Source: Patescibacteria group bacterium
Lineage (GTDB): Bacteria > Patescibacteriota > UBA1384 > CAJBMM01
Length of the DNA stretch: 64,000 bases
Reading direction: 5' to 3'
Assembly (NCBI GenBank): GCA_041660565.1
Contig: JBAZWC010000001.1
Span: forward strand, 238,481-302,480
The position numbers were made by a program, and so were the translations under genes. Shown here piece by piece: positions 20,161-30,325 of the stretch (its first letter is position 1; every line of letters starts with the position of its first letter). Below the pieces are notes generated by a model, which saw only the letters and a program-made list of their open reading frames with translations, was not told the DNA's origin and searched no databases.

Positions 20161-20573
20161 TTTTTACTCGACTTTTTGGTTTTAGGTTTTTCTTCAACAA
20201 CTTCTTCTTTTACAGTTTCAGTTTTTGCTACAACCGGCTTTGCTAGCTCTAATTTAGCAATCGGAGCAGCATCACCCAAGCGGCTACCGAGTTTGGTCAT
20301 TTTGACCATTCCACCGGTAACATTTTTAAACTGCGCATTGTAAACTTCAAAAATTTTACTGACAGCCATGTCGTCGAACAAGAATTGTTTGGCGCGGCGA
20401 CGTGCGGCCAATGTTCCAGATTTACAATCAGATAAAATTGAATCAACTTCTGCTTTAACTAATTTACCTTTAGGCACAGTCGTAACTATCGCTTCGTGTA
20501 AGATTAACGAGGTGCACAAGTTGCGAATTAAATGATCGCGATTAGCTTTTTTACGACTGAGTTTTCCTGGCAT
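20157..20573 (-). CDS. rplQ: 50S ribosomal protein L17
   Basis: RDHLIRNLCTSLILHEAIVTT; basic C-terminal extension. Confidence 0.9.
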   Translation of the reverse strand: MPGKLSRKKANRDHLIRNLCTSLILHEAIVTTVPKGKLVKAEVDSILSDCKSGTLAARRRAKQFLFDDMAVSKIFEVYNAQFKNVTGGMVKMTKLGSRLGDAAPIAKLELAKPVVAKTETVKEEVVEEKPKTKKSSKK

Positions 20574-21466
20574 TATTGCTCCCTAACTGCCACGATTTCG
20601 GTGATGGCTTTGGCGCCTAATCCACCAATTTGTGACAGAACATCTAAATCAGCATTTTTAATTGATTCAAGTGTGTTATAACCATTTTCGATCAATACTT
20701 TGATGGTGCGAGCTGACAAACCGGAGTCGGCCAAATCAGATTCTTCTGCATTGGCTTCGGCTACAGCTGGAGCTGCTTTTGCATCACCAAATGTGGCTAG
20801 CAAGTTGAACTGATCAACTAATATCGCAGATGATTCTTTGAACGCGTCTTTAGGCGAAACCGAACCGTCGGTGGTGATAGTTAAGGTTAACAAATCGTAG
20901 TTAGTCATTTTACCAACACGAGTGTTTTCAACTTCAATGCTGACTGCTTCAACTGGATTAAACAAACTATCAATTGCAATTCTACCAAGTTCTTTGGTGG
21001 ATGCTTCGCGTTTTTCCACTACATCGTAACCGCGTCCAAATTCAACAGTGGCTTCAAGATGTAAGCTAGATTTGGCGCTTAATGTGGCAATAAACTGGTC
21101 TGGGTTAACCACAGTGACGGAGCTAGAGGCCTTAAAGTCTTTAGCGGTCACTTTTCCCGGGCCTTTGGCATCAAGTGTGATAACCACTGGTTGGTCGGTT
21201 TGGTGTAGAGTAACACGCACTAATTTTAGATTTAAAATTAGCTCAACCACATCTTCTTTTACACCTTCTACGGTGGTAAATTCATGCGAAACGCCATCAA
21301 TTTTAACTGATGTAATAGCAGCGCCAGGCAAAGATGACAATAAAACGCGTCGTAAGCTATTTCCTAGTGTTTGGCCGAATCCTGGAAATAGCGGATTAAT
21401 CTTAAAGACGCTCTTTTTAGCGTTAATAACTTCTTCTGTGACTTCGGGTAAGATAATTTGATCCAT
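20573..21466 (-). CDS. rpoA: DNA-directed RNA polymerase alpha subunit
   Basis: GNSLRRVLLSSLPGAAITSVKIDGVSHEF; helix-hairpin-helix C-terminal domain; 297 aa. Confidence 0.9.
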   Translation of the reverse strand: MDQIILPEVTEEVINAKKSVFKINPLFPGFGQTLGNSLRRVLLSSLPGAAITSVKIDGVSHEFTTVEGVKEDVVELILNLKLVRVTLHQTDQPVVITLDAKGPGKVTAKDFKASSSVTVVNPDQFIATLSAKSSLHLEATVEFGRGYDVVEKREASTKELGRIAIDSLFNPVEAVSIEVENTRVGKMTNYDLLTLTITTDGSVSPKDAFKESSAILVDQFNLLATFGDAKAAPAVAEANAEESDLADSGLSARTIKVLIENGYNTLESIKNADLDVLSQIGGLGAKAITEIVAVREQ

Positions 21467-21487
21467 AATGTCCTTTCCTTCTCCTTA

Positions 21488-22081
21488 TTATCGAGAATAA
21501 TACTCGACAATCAACTGTTCGTTGATATCTTGATCGCTATGAGCACGCTCTGGTTCGCTCACCACTGATCCATTTTTCGTCTTTTTGTTGTAGCTTAACC
21601 ATGATGGGATTGTATCGACAGACTCTTCATTTACCGGTTCAAACTTTTTGTTAAGGGTAATTTTATCACCCGCAGATACTTGATAAGACGGGATGTTTAC
21701 GGTCTGATCGTTTACCTTAAAGAATTTATGCGATACCAGCTGTCTGGCGTGAGCGCGAGTGGAAGCGTATCCCAATCGATAAACAACGTTATCCAATCTT
21801 TTTTCCAGCAAACGAAGCATCAATTCCGCGGTGTTGGCAGATGATTTGGCGGCTTTTGCATAGTAAAGTTTAAACTGTCCTTCATTAATACCATACAAAC
21901 GTCTAACTTTTTGCTTTTCTTGCAACTGACGTGAGTATTCTGAGCCATATTTTGAAGCAGCAGAAATGGCAGCAGAAACTGATACTAATGACGGGTTTTT
22001 AGACTTAATACTTTTTTCACGCAAAAATAATCTTTGTGCAGATTTACGGTAACGTGGACTGGTTGGTTGTTTACTTGGCAT
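21488..22081 (-). CDS. rpsD: 30S ribosomal protein S4
   Basis: RLDNVVYRLGYASTRAHARQLVSH. Confidence 0.9.
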   Translation of the reverse strand: MPSKQPTSPRYRKSAQRLFLREKSIKSKNPSLVSVSAAISAASKYGSEYSRQLQEKQKVRRLYGINEGQFKLYYAKAAKSSANTAELMLRLLEKRLDNVVYRLGYASTRAHARQLVSHKFFKVNDQTVNIPSYQVSAGDKITLNKKFEPVNEESVDTIPSWLSYNKKTKNGSVVSEPERAHSDQDINEQLIVEYYSR

Positions 22082-22104
22082 TATGTACTCTCATTAATCT
22101 TAAT

Positions 22105-22503
22105 TTATACTCGTCGTGGCTTTTTGGCCCGAACGCCGTTATGAGCAATTGGAGTAAGGTCTTTAATAGCTACGATGTCAATTCCAGAGTTACCAAGGGC
22201 GCGAATAGCTGACTCTCTGCCGGTACCAACGCCGGAAATGTGAACAGATGCCTCAACCATACTCATCGCTTTAACCCGATCTAACACGGCAAGCATAGCG
22301 GTTTGGGCGGCGTATGGAGTAGATTTTCGTGCTCCCTTAAACCCAGCAGATCCGGCAGTAGCCCAAGCTAAAACGTTACCAGATGTATCTGAAACCGAAA
22401 TAATAGTGTTATTAAAAGTAGATTGGATCGAAATAATTCCTTTAGGAACGACTTTTCGAACTTTACTTTTCTTGACAACTTTTTTGGTGGAATTTGTGGC
22501 CAT
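22105..22503 (-). CDS. rpsK: 30S ribosomal protein S11
   Basis: IISIQSTFNNTIISVSD...GSAGFKGARKSTPYAAQ. Confidence 0.9.
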   Translation of the reverse strand: MATNSTKKVVKKSKVRKVVPKGIISIQSTFNNTIISVSDTSGNVLAWATAGSAGFKGARKSTPYAAQTAMLAVLDRVKAMSMVEASVHISGVGTGRESAIRALGNSGIDIVAIKDLTPIAHNGVRAKKPRRV

Positions 22504-22524
22504 AATTTTCTCTGTTTCTTAATT

Positions 22525-22911
22525 TTAGGTTTTTTGAGCGGTAGGTTTGCGACCAGATCCAACAGTCACCTTTTTACCACGTTTGCTTCTGGCGTTGGTT
22601 TTGGTGCGCTGACCCCGAACTGGTAGTGATTTGGCATGTCTGGTGCCACGATACGCCCCAATTTCTTTTAAGCGCTTAATATTCTGCTGAATTTCTTGAC
22701 GTAAATCACCTTCAACTTTGATGGTTTTATCAATAATTTGGCGAATACGTTCAATATCTGCTTCAGAAAGCTCGCTCATTTTTGGATTGTCAGTAATTTT
22801 AGCTTGAGTCAGTACCTTTTTAACATTTGAAGGACCAACACCAAAAATATAACTTAAACCAATTTCAGCGCGCTTGTTATCTGGGATATTAATTCCAGCA
22901 ATTCTAGCCAT
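22525..22911 (-). CDS. rpsM: 30S ribosomal protein S13 (start at internal Met MARIAGINIP; the ORF-track N-terminal extension is rejected)
   Basis: MARIAGINIPDNKRAEIGLSYIFGVG; aggag RBS upstream of the ATG at 22911. Confidence 0.88.
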   Translation of the reverse strand: MARIAGINIPDNKRAEIGLSYIFGVGPSNVKKVLTQAKITDNPKMSELSEADIERIRQIIDKTIKVEGDLRQEIQQNIKRLKEIGAYRGTRHAKSLPVRGQRTKTNARSKRGKKVTVGSGRKPTAQKT

Positions 22912-22918
22912 AATTCTC

Positions 22919-23032
22919 CTAGCCCTGTCTCTGTTTATGTTTTGGATTTGTGCACAGAACACGAACAACACCGCAACGTCTAATAATACGGCAATTTTGG
23001 CACATAACTTTTACTGATGATCTAACTTTCAC
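22919..23032 (-). CDS. rpmJ: 50S ribosomal protein L36 (37 aa, GTG start); below the ORF-track length cutoff
   Basis: Translation [37 protein letters not shown] with C-x2-C...C zinc ribbon; aggaag RBS; canonical position between infA and rpsM. Confidence 0.75.
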   Translation of the reverse strand: MKVRSSVKVMCQNCRIIRRCGVVRVLCTNPKHKQRQG

Positions 23033-23349
23033 TTTACTTCCTCGTTGTCTTTAACACTTTCATCTATGGTTTCGATAGGTTTAGCGACCACCGGTTCTTC
23101 TACTACGGGTTCAGGAACGTTTTTGTTTATCGGTAAACGGCGGATAATCCGACCTTTAGATAAATCGTACACGCTCATTTCAATTAAAACGCGGTCACCG
23201 GGCAAAATTTTGATAAAATTAACCCGCATTTTGCCAGATAAATGACAAAAAATAACCTGTCCACCATCTAGAATCACTCTAAAAGTGGCGTTTGGTAAAG
23301 ACTCTTCTACCAAACCTTCAACTTCAATTACGTTTTCCTTTGAACTCAA
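23029..23349 (-). CDS. infA: translation initiation factor IF-1 with ~35-aa acidic C-terminal extension
   Basis: S1-like core [36 protein letters not shown]; tail [10 protein letters not shown]...DNEEVK. Confidence 0.85.
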   Translation of the reverse strand: MSSKENVIEVEGLVEESLPNATFRVILDGGQVIFCHLSGKMRVNFIKILPGDRVLIEMSVYDLSKGRIIRRLPINKNVPEPVVEEPVVAKPIETIDESVKDNEEVK

Positions 23350-23503
23350 GTGTGGTTGTCCTTAATACTAACTAATAAAATATTAACATATTCATTGCGA
23401 TTATGCAAGACTTTTGTCAGTGTAAACGTCACGAGCATTGTAGGGGCGGACTCGAATGTCCGTCCGCCCGACACTTTGTGAAGAAATGATGTGGAATATA
23501 TTT

Positions 23504-23537
23504 CTATATAGATTCCGGATCAAGCCCGGAATGACAG
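23504..23537. repeat. palindromic element type A (CTATATAGATTCCGGatcaagCCCGGAATGACA)
   Basis: inverted-orientation copy of the 19237 element, directly downstream of the map stop. Confidence 0.7.
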
Positions 23538-23541
23538 ATCG

Positions 23542-24324
23542 TCATATTAATGTTAAGATCTCGCAGCCGTTCTCGGTCACGACAACGGTGTGTTCAAAGT
23601 GTGCTGCCCACGATTGATCACGAGTACGCACTGTCCAGCCATCATTATCCTGTTTTACATGCCAATCTCTCATTGTCAGCATCGGCTCAATAGCAATAGT
23701 ATCGCCGGTATGCAATACATCACCGCTACCAGCATTACCGAAATTAGGTACGTTCGGCTTTTGGTGAATTGCCTCCCCTACCCCGTGTCCAACCAAATCA
23801 CGCACCACCCCAAAATGGTTTTCTTCTGCGTAATTTTGAATAAAGTGACCGATATCACCGGTAGTAACGCCGTTTTTGATCGTGTTTATCGCTTTTGATA
23901 AAGAATAATAGGTTACATACAAAAGCCGTTCACTTTCGTATAATTTTAAATTCTTATCAATTTTATCGTCATAGATGTCTCTTAACGTTTTACAGCCAGT
24001 TTCGGTTGCAATGACCGTTACAGCGGCATCGGTAAAATAGCCTTGATATTCCACTCCCAAATCCAAACTGACTAGATCGCCGGTTTTAATTGGAACGTTG
24101 TCTGGTATGCCGTGCACCACTTCGTCGTTTACCGAAACGCACAAACTAGCCGGATATCCTTCATATCCTTTAAACGCCGGCTTGCCTCCCGCTTTAACGA
24201 TTTCTGACTCCGCATATTTATCCAGTTCGATTCCGGTTATGCCGGCTCGTACTTGATGAGCGGTTTCATCCAAAACTCGGGCGAGGATTTTTCCGCCCAA
24301 ACGCATCGCTTCAATTTTGGTCAT
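23542..24324 (-). CDS. map: methionine aminopeptidase type I
   Basis: 260 aa; metal-ligand pattern (D..D..H..E..E), pita-bread fold motifs. Confidence 0.9.
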   Translation of the reverse strand: MTKIEAMRLGGKILARVLDETAHQVRAGITGIELDKYAESEIVKAGGKPAFKGYEGYPASLCVSVNDEVVHGIPDNVPIKTGDLVSLDLGVEYQGYFTDAAVTVIATETGCKTLRDIYDDKIDKNLKLYESERLLYVTYYSLSKAINTIKNGVTTGDIGHFIQNYAEENHFGVVRDLVGHGVGEAIHQKPNVPNFGNAGSGDVLHTGDTIAIEPMLTMRDWHVKQDNDGWTVRTRDQSWAAHFEHTVVVTENGCEILTLI

Positions 24325-25001
24325 TTTAGCTTCTCAATTAATGCGGTTTTAACAGAATCAGCAACGATTTCGATTTCTGGTTTGGCGTCTACATTTATCA
24401 AGCAGTCAATCTCATCAAAGTATCTGATAACCGGGTCGGTTTCGTGATGAAATTGGGCCAACCGTTGCTTAATGGCGGATTCATTGTCATCAGATCGTTT
24501 TACCAATTTTCCACCACAATGTGTGCATCTGTTTAGCAGTTTGTAAAAATATTCTTGTGCATTTCTGACCACGTGTTTAGGATAAACAATGTCACCACAT
24601 TTTGAACAAATTAATCTCATTTCTAATCGTTTAATACTCTCAGTATCTTTTAGTTGTAAGTTTATTACAACTAATGGGTGATTATATTTTTTGAGCTGAG
24701 CAAACAAATGCTTAGCTTGTGGCAGCGTTCGGGGATATCCATCAAATAGCATGCCACGACCAAAGTGCTTGGAAATTTGATGATTCACTTCGTCGTTTAA
24801 TATCTCGTCAGGTAGTAAAATACCTTTGTTAATTAGATCTCGCGCCAAAATACCGGCGTGATTATTGTGTTTGGCGATTGCGCGGGAGATATCACCACCG
24901 GATATGACCGACAAATGATAACGTTTCTTTAATATGGCCGCTTGCGTGCCTTTGCCGCTTCCCTGCGGACCGATTAGTATAATATTAAATGATTTTGCGA
25001 T
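24321..25001 (-). CDS. adk: adenylate kinase with zinc-ribbon lid; 5' end extended beyond the first canonical start because the P-loop lies upstream (putative AUC start at 25001)
   Basis: upstream in-frame IAKSFNIILIGPQGSGKGTQA P-loop; ISGGDISRAIAK; lid C-x2-C...C-x2-C; gagcgagagg RBS 5 nt before the ATC; no ATG/GTG/TTG in frame between the upstream TGA and codon 24914. Confidence 0.7.
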   Translation of the reverse strand: MAKSFNIILIGPQGSGKGTQAAILKKRYHLSVISGGDISRAIAKHNNHAGILARDLINKGILLPDEILNDEVNHQISKHFGRGMLFDGYPRTLPQAKHLFAQLKKYNHPLVVINLQLKDTESIKRLEMRLICSKCGDIVYPKHVVRNAQEYFYKLLNRCTHCGGKLVKRSDDNESAIKQRLAQFHHETDPVIRYFDEIDCLINVDAKPEIEIVADSVKTALIEKLK

Positions 25002-25102
25002 GTTAACCTCTCGCTCTCATTCTAGCACAAACTAGCTGATCTGGATATAAATAAAAATTTCCATCATTTCAAATTGTAAATTTCAAATTTCAAATTTTGT
25101 GT

Positions 25103-25777
25103 CTAATAAGCTACTGTCACTGGCGTCCACACTGTCTTCTCGCCCTTATTTGGCTGATACGCGTGTAGTGTAACGGTATGAAGCTTGCCTAGGTGCGTTA
25201 CCTCTACCACCGCCACACCGGTAGAGATATCTTTACTCTTAAGAACGTACAAATCATTTGATGAAAAACTGTACTTTGCCAGTAGCGGAGACTGTTCTAC
25301 TACCATCACCGGGTTTAGGCGATACGCCAACTGTCCGGTGCCCGCATCGGCATATTGCTGCGCAGAGGCCAAACCGTCTGTTTCTTCCTGGGTAGATCTA
25401 ACAGTGTCAGTTGTAGCCTGAACGGTGGCGTTTTCGTTTGCGGTCGGAATTTTTAATTTATCCCCTACTTTTAATACCGAAGTTTCTTCCAACCCGTTAA
25501 TTTTAGCTAACACCGTCCATTGAATGTTGTATTGTTTGCCAATAGTGTAAAGAGAATCACCTTGTTTTACGGTGTAGATCTCGTTCACGTCTGTGGGCGT
25601 GGGGGTGGCACTTGGTACAGGAGTCGAAGTTGCGTTTGTTGATATGGCCGACGCCGATGACGTGCGGTGGGTCAAATTTTTGTATATCAAAAACGCACTA
25701 CCGATAATTAATATCAAATAGACCAAAATCAATCGTTTTGATAATCGATGGACCATATAGTTAGTATGAGAGAACAT
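25103..25777 (-). CDS. LysM domain membrane-anchored protein
   Basis: N-terminal TM, T/S/P linker, LysM YTVKQGDSLYTIGKQYNIQWTVLAKINGL...VGDKLKIP. Confidence 0.7.
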   Translation of the reverse strand: MFSHTNYMVHRLSKRLILVYLILIIGSAFLIYKNLTHRTSSASAISTNATSTPVPSATPTPTDVNEIYTVKQGDSLYTIGKQYNIQWTVLAKINGLEETSVLKVGDKLKIPTANENATVQATTDTVRSTQEETDGLASAQQYADAGTGQLAYRLNPVMVVEQSPLLAKYSFSSNDLYVLKSKDISTGVAVVEVTHLGKLHTVTLHAYQPNKGEKTVWTPVTVAY

Positions 25778-25905
25778 TGCTAAAAACTCAAGATCGCATC
25801 GTCAACTCTAACGAATACGAGAGATCCTGTATCGTTCAGTAACTTGGGGATCTCTCGCCGTTCGACGCCGCTCATGGTGTCGGGTGGAGCGCCCACGTCA
25901 GTTAT

Positions 25906-25938
25906 CTAAATAGATTCCGGGTCAAGCCCGGAATGACA
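25906..25938. repeat. palindromic element type A followed by AT-rich AAATTTCAAATTGTAAATT-type motif (to ~25977)
   Basis: TAGATTCCGGGtcaagCCCGGAATGACAG between secY and the LysM gene. Confidence 0.7.
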
Positions 25939-26031
25939 GCTTCTAAAAAATCATTTCAAATTTCAAATTGTAAATTAGATGCTTCGCATCGAAATCACTC
26001 ACACAGTGCTCGTGATTATCAAATTGGTACT

Positions 26032-27327
26032 TTAGTACTTATCGTAACTAGTCATTACCAATTGCGCATCAATTTGGCGCATGGTTTCAATTACAACCGA
26101 AACGACGATTAAAATGCCGGTGCCACCCAGAATCAAAGTCTGGTCACCAGTCATCAGCGGTACAATTACCGGCAAAACAGCCACTAGCCCTAAGAATATT
26201 GAGCCAACAAATGTTACTCTGGAGACAATTTTACCAATATAGGCGGCCGTTTCTCCGCCCGGGCGAATTCCGGGAATAAACCCAGACTGTTTTTGCAGAT
26301 TTTCGGCAATTTGTTTTGGGTTAAAGATAATAGACGTATAGAAAAATGTAAAGACAATCACCAGCACAAAGTACAAAATCCCATAAAGCGTGGGGTTACC
26401 GGTTGATGATATGTTGGCAGTGATCCAGCCTGCCGCTTCTCTCACCCATTCGGTTTTAGCGTTACCAAAAAATTGCCCAATAATTTGAGGAAACATAAGC
26501 ATAGAGATAGCAAAGATGATTGGAATAACTCCAGCGGTGTTAACCTTGATCGGTAGAAACGAATTTACCGAATCATTGCTTGTGCCCTGCAATCGCCTAG
26601 CATATGTTACCGGAATTTTGCGCAATGCATCATTCATTAATACAATCACCGCAATTAGTATCAGCGACGCCAAAATAAATGCGGCAAAACTAAATAATTC
26701 TTTCATATCAATAGAACCACCCGCCACTACCAAGCTGTATTTTTGATAAAAAGTGTTTGGGATGGACGATAAAATACCGATCGTGATGATTAAAGAAATT
26801 CCGTTTCCAACGCCGTTTTCCGAGATTATCTCGCCTAGCCACATTAATAAAATGGTCCCGGCGGTAGAAACGATTAGCATTTCCAATAGCTGCGGCGTGT
26901 TCCAGCCGGAAATAATTCCTTCGCTACGCAACAGTATAAGCGTGGCGTATCCTTGGATAACTGCCAGCGGAATTGTCAGGTATCGAGTGTATTGATTGAT
27001 GCGCTGTCGTCCATAGTCGCCTTCTTTTTGCAGCGCTTCAAGTGAAGGTACAATAATGGTCATTAATTGGATAATGATCGATGCGGTAATGTATGGTCCA
27101 ACTCCCATCAAAATAATGGAGAATTTAGATAATGAACCACCGGAAAAAATATCCAGCAAGCCAAATGCCGAATTAGAATTGTTGCTAAAAAAGTTACGTA
27201 AGCTATCAGTAGAGACCGCAGATAGCGGGACATGAACCAATAATCGGGTAAGAAATAGCAAACCAAGCGTAATTAAGATGCGGCGTCGCAGTTCTGAGTT
27301 CTTAAATAGTCTGGTAAAATAATTCAT
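26032..27327 (-). CDS. secY: preprotein translocase subunit SecY
   Basis: 431 aa, 10 TM segments, conserved SecY motifs. Confidence 0.9.
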   Translation of the reverse strand: MNYFTRLFKNSELRRRILITLGLLFLTRLLVHVPLSAVSTDSLRNFFSNNSNSAFGLLDIFSGGSLSKFSIILMGVGPYITASIIIQLMTIIVPSLEALQKEGDYGRQRINQYTRYLTIPLAVIQGYATLILLRSEGIISGWNTPQLLEMLIVSTAGTILLMWLGEIISENGVGNGISLIITIGILSSIPNTFYQKYSLVVAGGSIDMKELFSFAAFILASLILIAVIVLMNDALRKIPVTYARRLQGTSNDSVNSFLPIKVNTAGVIPIIFAISMLMFPQIIGQFFGNAKTEWVREAAGWITANISSTGNPTLYGILYFVLVIVFTFFYTSIIFNPKQIAENLQKQSGFIPGIRPGGETAAYIGKIVSRVTFVGSIFLGLVAVLPVIVPLMTGDQTLILGGTGILIVVSVVIETMRQIDAQLVMTSYDKY

Positions 27328-27373
27328 TCGATCCTTATGCTATAAGATATAACATGACCCACCCCAACGGATG

Positions 27374-27796
27374 CTATGAAGTTTTGTTTAGATCCAATCC
27401 GAGTTTTTTTGTAAGTATAATGCCATCATCAAATTTAAATTTCTTTGTGAAACTACTTACACCAATAATTTTAGCACGTTTGTTAGCAGCTTTTATCAAT
27501 TTGCTTTCGAAAAGCATGGTAGGAGTAATTTCGGCACCATCTTTAAACATCCGCTCAAGCGCAATATAAGATACAACTTGTGGCTTTTGAATATGACTTT
27601 TGGTTCCGTGGATTTTTGGCAAGCGCTGCATTAACGATGATTGTCCACCTTCAAATCTACGTGGAATGTTATATCCCGAGCGAGATTTTTGACCTTTTGT
27701 ACCACGTCCGGCGGTTTTACCTTGCCCGGCGGAAATACCGCGGCCAACTCGAGATTTTTTAGTTGCGGTTTTAGATAGTTGATGCAGTTCAGTCAT
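27374..27796 (-). CDS. rplO: 50S ribosomal protein L15
   Basis: [27 protein letters not shown]. Confidence 0.9.
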   Translation of the reverse strand: MTELHQLSKTATKKSRVGRGISAGQGKTAGRGTKGQKSRSGYNIPRRFEGGQSSLMQRLPKIHGTKSHIQKPQVVSYIALERMFKDGAEITPTMLFESKLIKAANKRAKIIGVSSFTKKFKFDDGIILTKKLGLDLNKTS

Positions 27797-28271
27797 TGGA
27801 AACCTCTTTCTTAACCGAAGTGGTCTTTAACTGTTTCAAAGCTTCAAAAGTAGCGGCCACAACATTGATGGCGTTACTTGAGCCAAGAGATTTACTTAAA
27901 ATGTTGCTAATTCCGGCCATTTCAATAACTGATCGAACCGCGCCACCGGCAATAACCGACGTTCCTTTTCCGGCTGGTTTTAACATTACAATAGCACCGG
28001 TGTGTTTGGCGGTTACTTCGTGCGGAATGGTGTCATTTTTAATTGGCACAGTGATCATATTTTTCTTGGCAGCATGAACCGCTTTTGCCGTAGCTAATGA
28101 CACATCGTCGGATTTACCGATACCAAAGCCAACTCGTCCTTTTTTATCACCAATCACTATCAAGATACGAGAGCGCATGCGTCGGCCACCTTTAACCACA
28201 CGTGAAACGCGGTCGCGGCTTACGACTTTCTCTTCAAACTCTTTGGTTCTGATTTCGGTGTTATTACTCAT
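27789..28271 (-). CDS. rpsE: 30S ribosomal protein S5 (followed directly by L15; no L30 gene)
   Basis: [37 protein letters not shown]. Confidence 0.9.
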   Translation of the reverse strand: MSNNTEIRTKEFEEKVVSRDRVSRVVKGGRRMRSRILIVIGDKKGRVGFGIGKSDDVSLATAKAVHAAKKNMITVPIKNDTIPHEVTAKHTGAIVMLKPAGKGTSVIAGGAVRSVIEMAGISNILSKSLGSSNAINVVAATFEALKQLKTTSVKKEVSND

Positions 28272-28278
28272 CTTTCTC

Positions 28279-28614
28279 CTAAAACTCTAATCCGTGGGCT
28301 TTTGCAGATTCTGCAAGCTGTTTGATTCTGCCATGATATTGAAATCCGGAACGATCAAAACGTACTTTTTTGATTTTATTCTTTAATGCCACTTCGGCAA
28401 TCATCTGACCAACCAAATCTGCTCGCTGCGATTTTGATTTCTTTTCGATTTTAACATCACTTGCAGATACACTAGTCTTGCCAATAGAATCATCAATTAC
28501 TTGAGCATAAATGTGCTTGCTAGATTTATATACCGCAAGTCTAGGCTGAGCTTTATCGCCCTTAACCTTTGGGGTAATTCGACGTTTAATTGTGTTTAAT
28601 TTTTGTTTGTCCAT
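28279..28614 (-). CDS. rplR: 50S ribosomal protein L18
   Basis: PRLAVYKSSKHIYAQVIDD. Confidence 0.9.
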   Translation of the reverse strand: MDKQKLNTIKRRITPKVKGDKAQPRLAVYKSSKHIYAQVIDDSIGKTSVSASDVKIEKKSKSQRADLVGQMIAEVALKNKIKKVRFDRSGFQYHGRIKQLAESAKAHGLEF

Positions 28615-28623
28615 ATTATATCC

Positions 28624-29160
28624 TTATGCTTTCGCCGTTTTGCCGGATTTACGTCTAACTTGTTCACCAACGTAACGGACACCTTTACCCTTGTAAGGCT
28701 CTGGCTTGCGTTTGTCGCGGATTTCAGCGGCCGCTTGGCCTACTTTAACGTTGTCAATTCCGGAAATAGTAATGATGTTTTTGTTTACGGCAAAGCTGAT
28801 ACCATCAACCGGGGTAATGATGATCGGATGTGAATAGCCAAGGCTAAGCGTTAGATCGGCCCCGTTTAAGATAGCTCTGTAGCCTACGCCTTGAATTTCA
28901 AGCTGTTTGGTGAAGCCTTCGCTTACCCCGATAACCATATTGTCAATTAACGTTCTGGTTAACCCATGCAGCGCTCTGGCTGACAACGAATCATCTTTTC
29001 GCGTGACAATGACTTCATTATCTTTAATATCTACAATTGCACCGTCTTTGATCTCTCTAGTGAGCGTCCCTTTGGGTCCGGTTACAGTTAAAATGCTATC
29101 AGCTAATTTAACACTGACGCCTGCAGGAACTTGAATTGATTTTTTACCGATTCTTGACAT
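28624..29160 (-). CDS. rplF: 50S ribosomal protein L6
   Basis: MSRIGKKSIQVPAGVSVKL; two-domain L6 pattern. Confidence 0.9.
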   Translation of the reverse strand: MSRIGKKSIQVPAGVSVKLADSILTVTGPKGTLTREIKDGAIVDIKDNEVIVTRKDDSLSARALHGLTRTLIDNMVIGVSEGFTKQLEIQGVGYRAILNGADLTLSLGYSHPIIITPVDGISFAVNKNIITISGIDNVKVGQAAAEIRDKRKPEPYKGKGVRYVGEQVRRKSGKTAKA

Positions 29161-29174
29161 AATTTCTTCCTATC

Positions 29175-29573
29175 TTACCATAGCTCACAAATAACTTCGC
29201 CACCAAGCCCGCGTTTGAACGCTTCTTTGCCGGTTACCACTCCGGATGAGGTGGATAATATGACGCATCCCAATCCGCGTTGTGGGCGTGGAATAGCGGT
29301 TTTATCTACATAAACACGCTGACCAGGCTTGCTAATGCGTCTGATATGCGAAATCTTAGGCAAATTGGCACCATCATAGCTAAGTGATACTGAAAGCTGC
29401 TTATGATTGGTAGGCAATGTATCAACTGAAACTGTTGATAAATAACCTTCTTTTTTCAAGATTTCTGCGATTTCAAAACGCATATTTGAATGCGGACTAT
29501 TAACTACTCGCAATCTGGCGATTGACGCGTTACGGATTCGAGTTAAAAAGTCTGCAATTGGATCTGTTAACAT
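29175..29573 (-). CDS. rpsH: 30S ribosomal protein S8
   Basis: MLTDPIADFLTRIRNA. Confidence 0.9.
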   Translation of the reverse strand: MLTDPIADFLTRIRNASIARLRVVNSPHSNMRFEIAEILKKEGYLSTVSVDTLPTNHKQLSVSLSYDGANLPKISHIRRISKPGQRVYVDKTAIPRPQRGLGCVILSTSSGVVTGKEAFKRGLGGEVICELW

Positions 29574-29582
29574 ATTATTCTC

Positions 29583-29768
29583 CTACCAGCTGGATTTCGT
29601 AATACCAGGAAGCTGTCCTTTATTGGCCAATTCGCGAAAACAAATTCGACAAATTTGAAAATCGCGCATATATGCTCGTGGACGTCCGCATAACTTACAT
29701 CGATGAATGGTTCGACTAGAAAATTTGGGCTTACGGTTGGCTTTAACAATCATTGAACGCTTGGCCAT
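29583..29768 (-). CDS. rpsN: 30S ribosomal protein S14 type Z (zinc-binding)
   Basis: 61 aa, [20 protein letters not shown]. Confidence 0.85.
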   Translation of the reverse strand: MAKRSMIVKANRKPKFSSRTIHRCKLCGRPRAYMRDFQICRICFRELANKGQLPGITKSSW

Positions 29769-30325
29769 TATTGCTCCTTATGTTCTAGTTTTGTAAACGG
29801 AAATCCGAGCATTTCTAACAATTTGATGCAATCTGCGTCGGTTTTGGCGGTAGTGGTAACGCAGACCTGAACGCCATGGACGCGAGTATTGGTATCGTAT
29901 GGGATTTCAACAAAGACTGTGTTTTCTTTAAAACCAAAGTTGTAGTTGCCATGACCATCAACCGCTTTGCGTGATAATCCTCTAAAGTCACGTAGGCGTG
30001 GAATAGTAATGCTGATTACTTTGTCGATAAAATCGTACATTCGCTCGCCTCTAAGGGTAACTTTCAAACCAACAGCGTTGCCTTCGCGGATCTTAAAAGC
30101 CGAAATAGCTTTTTTGGCGTTGTTGACCACCGGTGATTGACCGGTAATTAGCTTTAAGCTTTTAGAAATTGACTCAACGATAGATTTGTTAGTATGAGCA
30201 TCACCGGCACCAACATTAATGGTTACTTTGGTGATTCTAGGAATTAACTCTACGTTACTTAAACCTAACTCTTTTTTAAGAGCCGGTGCAATTTCGTTGA
30301 TGTATTGTTGTTGTAATCGGTTCAT
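29768..30325 (-). CDS. rplE: 50S ribosomal protein L5
   Basis: [21 protein letters not shown]... Confidence 0.9.
   Translation of the reverse strand: MNRLQQQYINEIAPALKKELGLSNVELIPRITKVTINVGAGDAHTNKSIVESISKSLKLITGQSPVVNNAKKAISAFKIREGNAVGLKVTLRGERMYDFIDKVISITIPRLRDFRGLSRKAVDGHGNYNFGFKENTVFVEIPYDTNTRVHGVQVCVTTTAKTDADCIKLLEMLGFPFTKLEHKEQ

Noticed and set aside
25780-25905. GC-rich hairpins (gagagatcc...ggatctctc etc.) between secY and the LysM gene as a possible ncRNA
   Set aside because: No recognisable Rfam-like family features (not SRP, RNase P or tmRNA by eye); kept only as part of the spacer with the palindromic element
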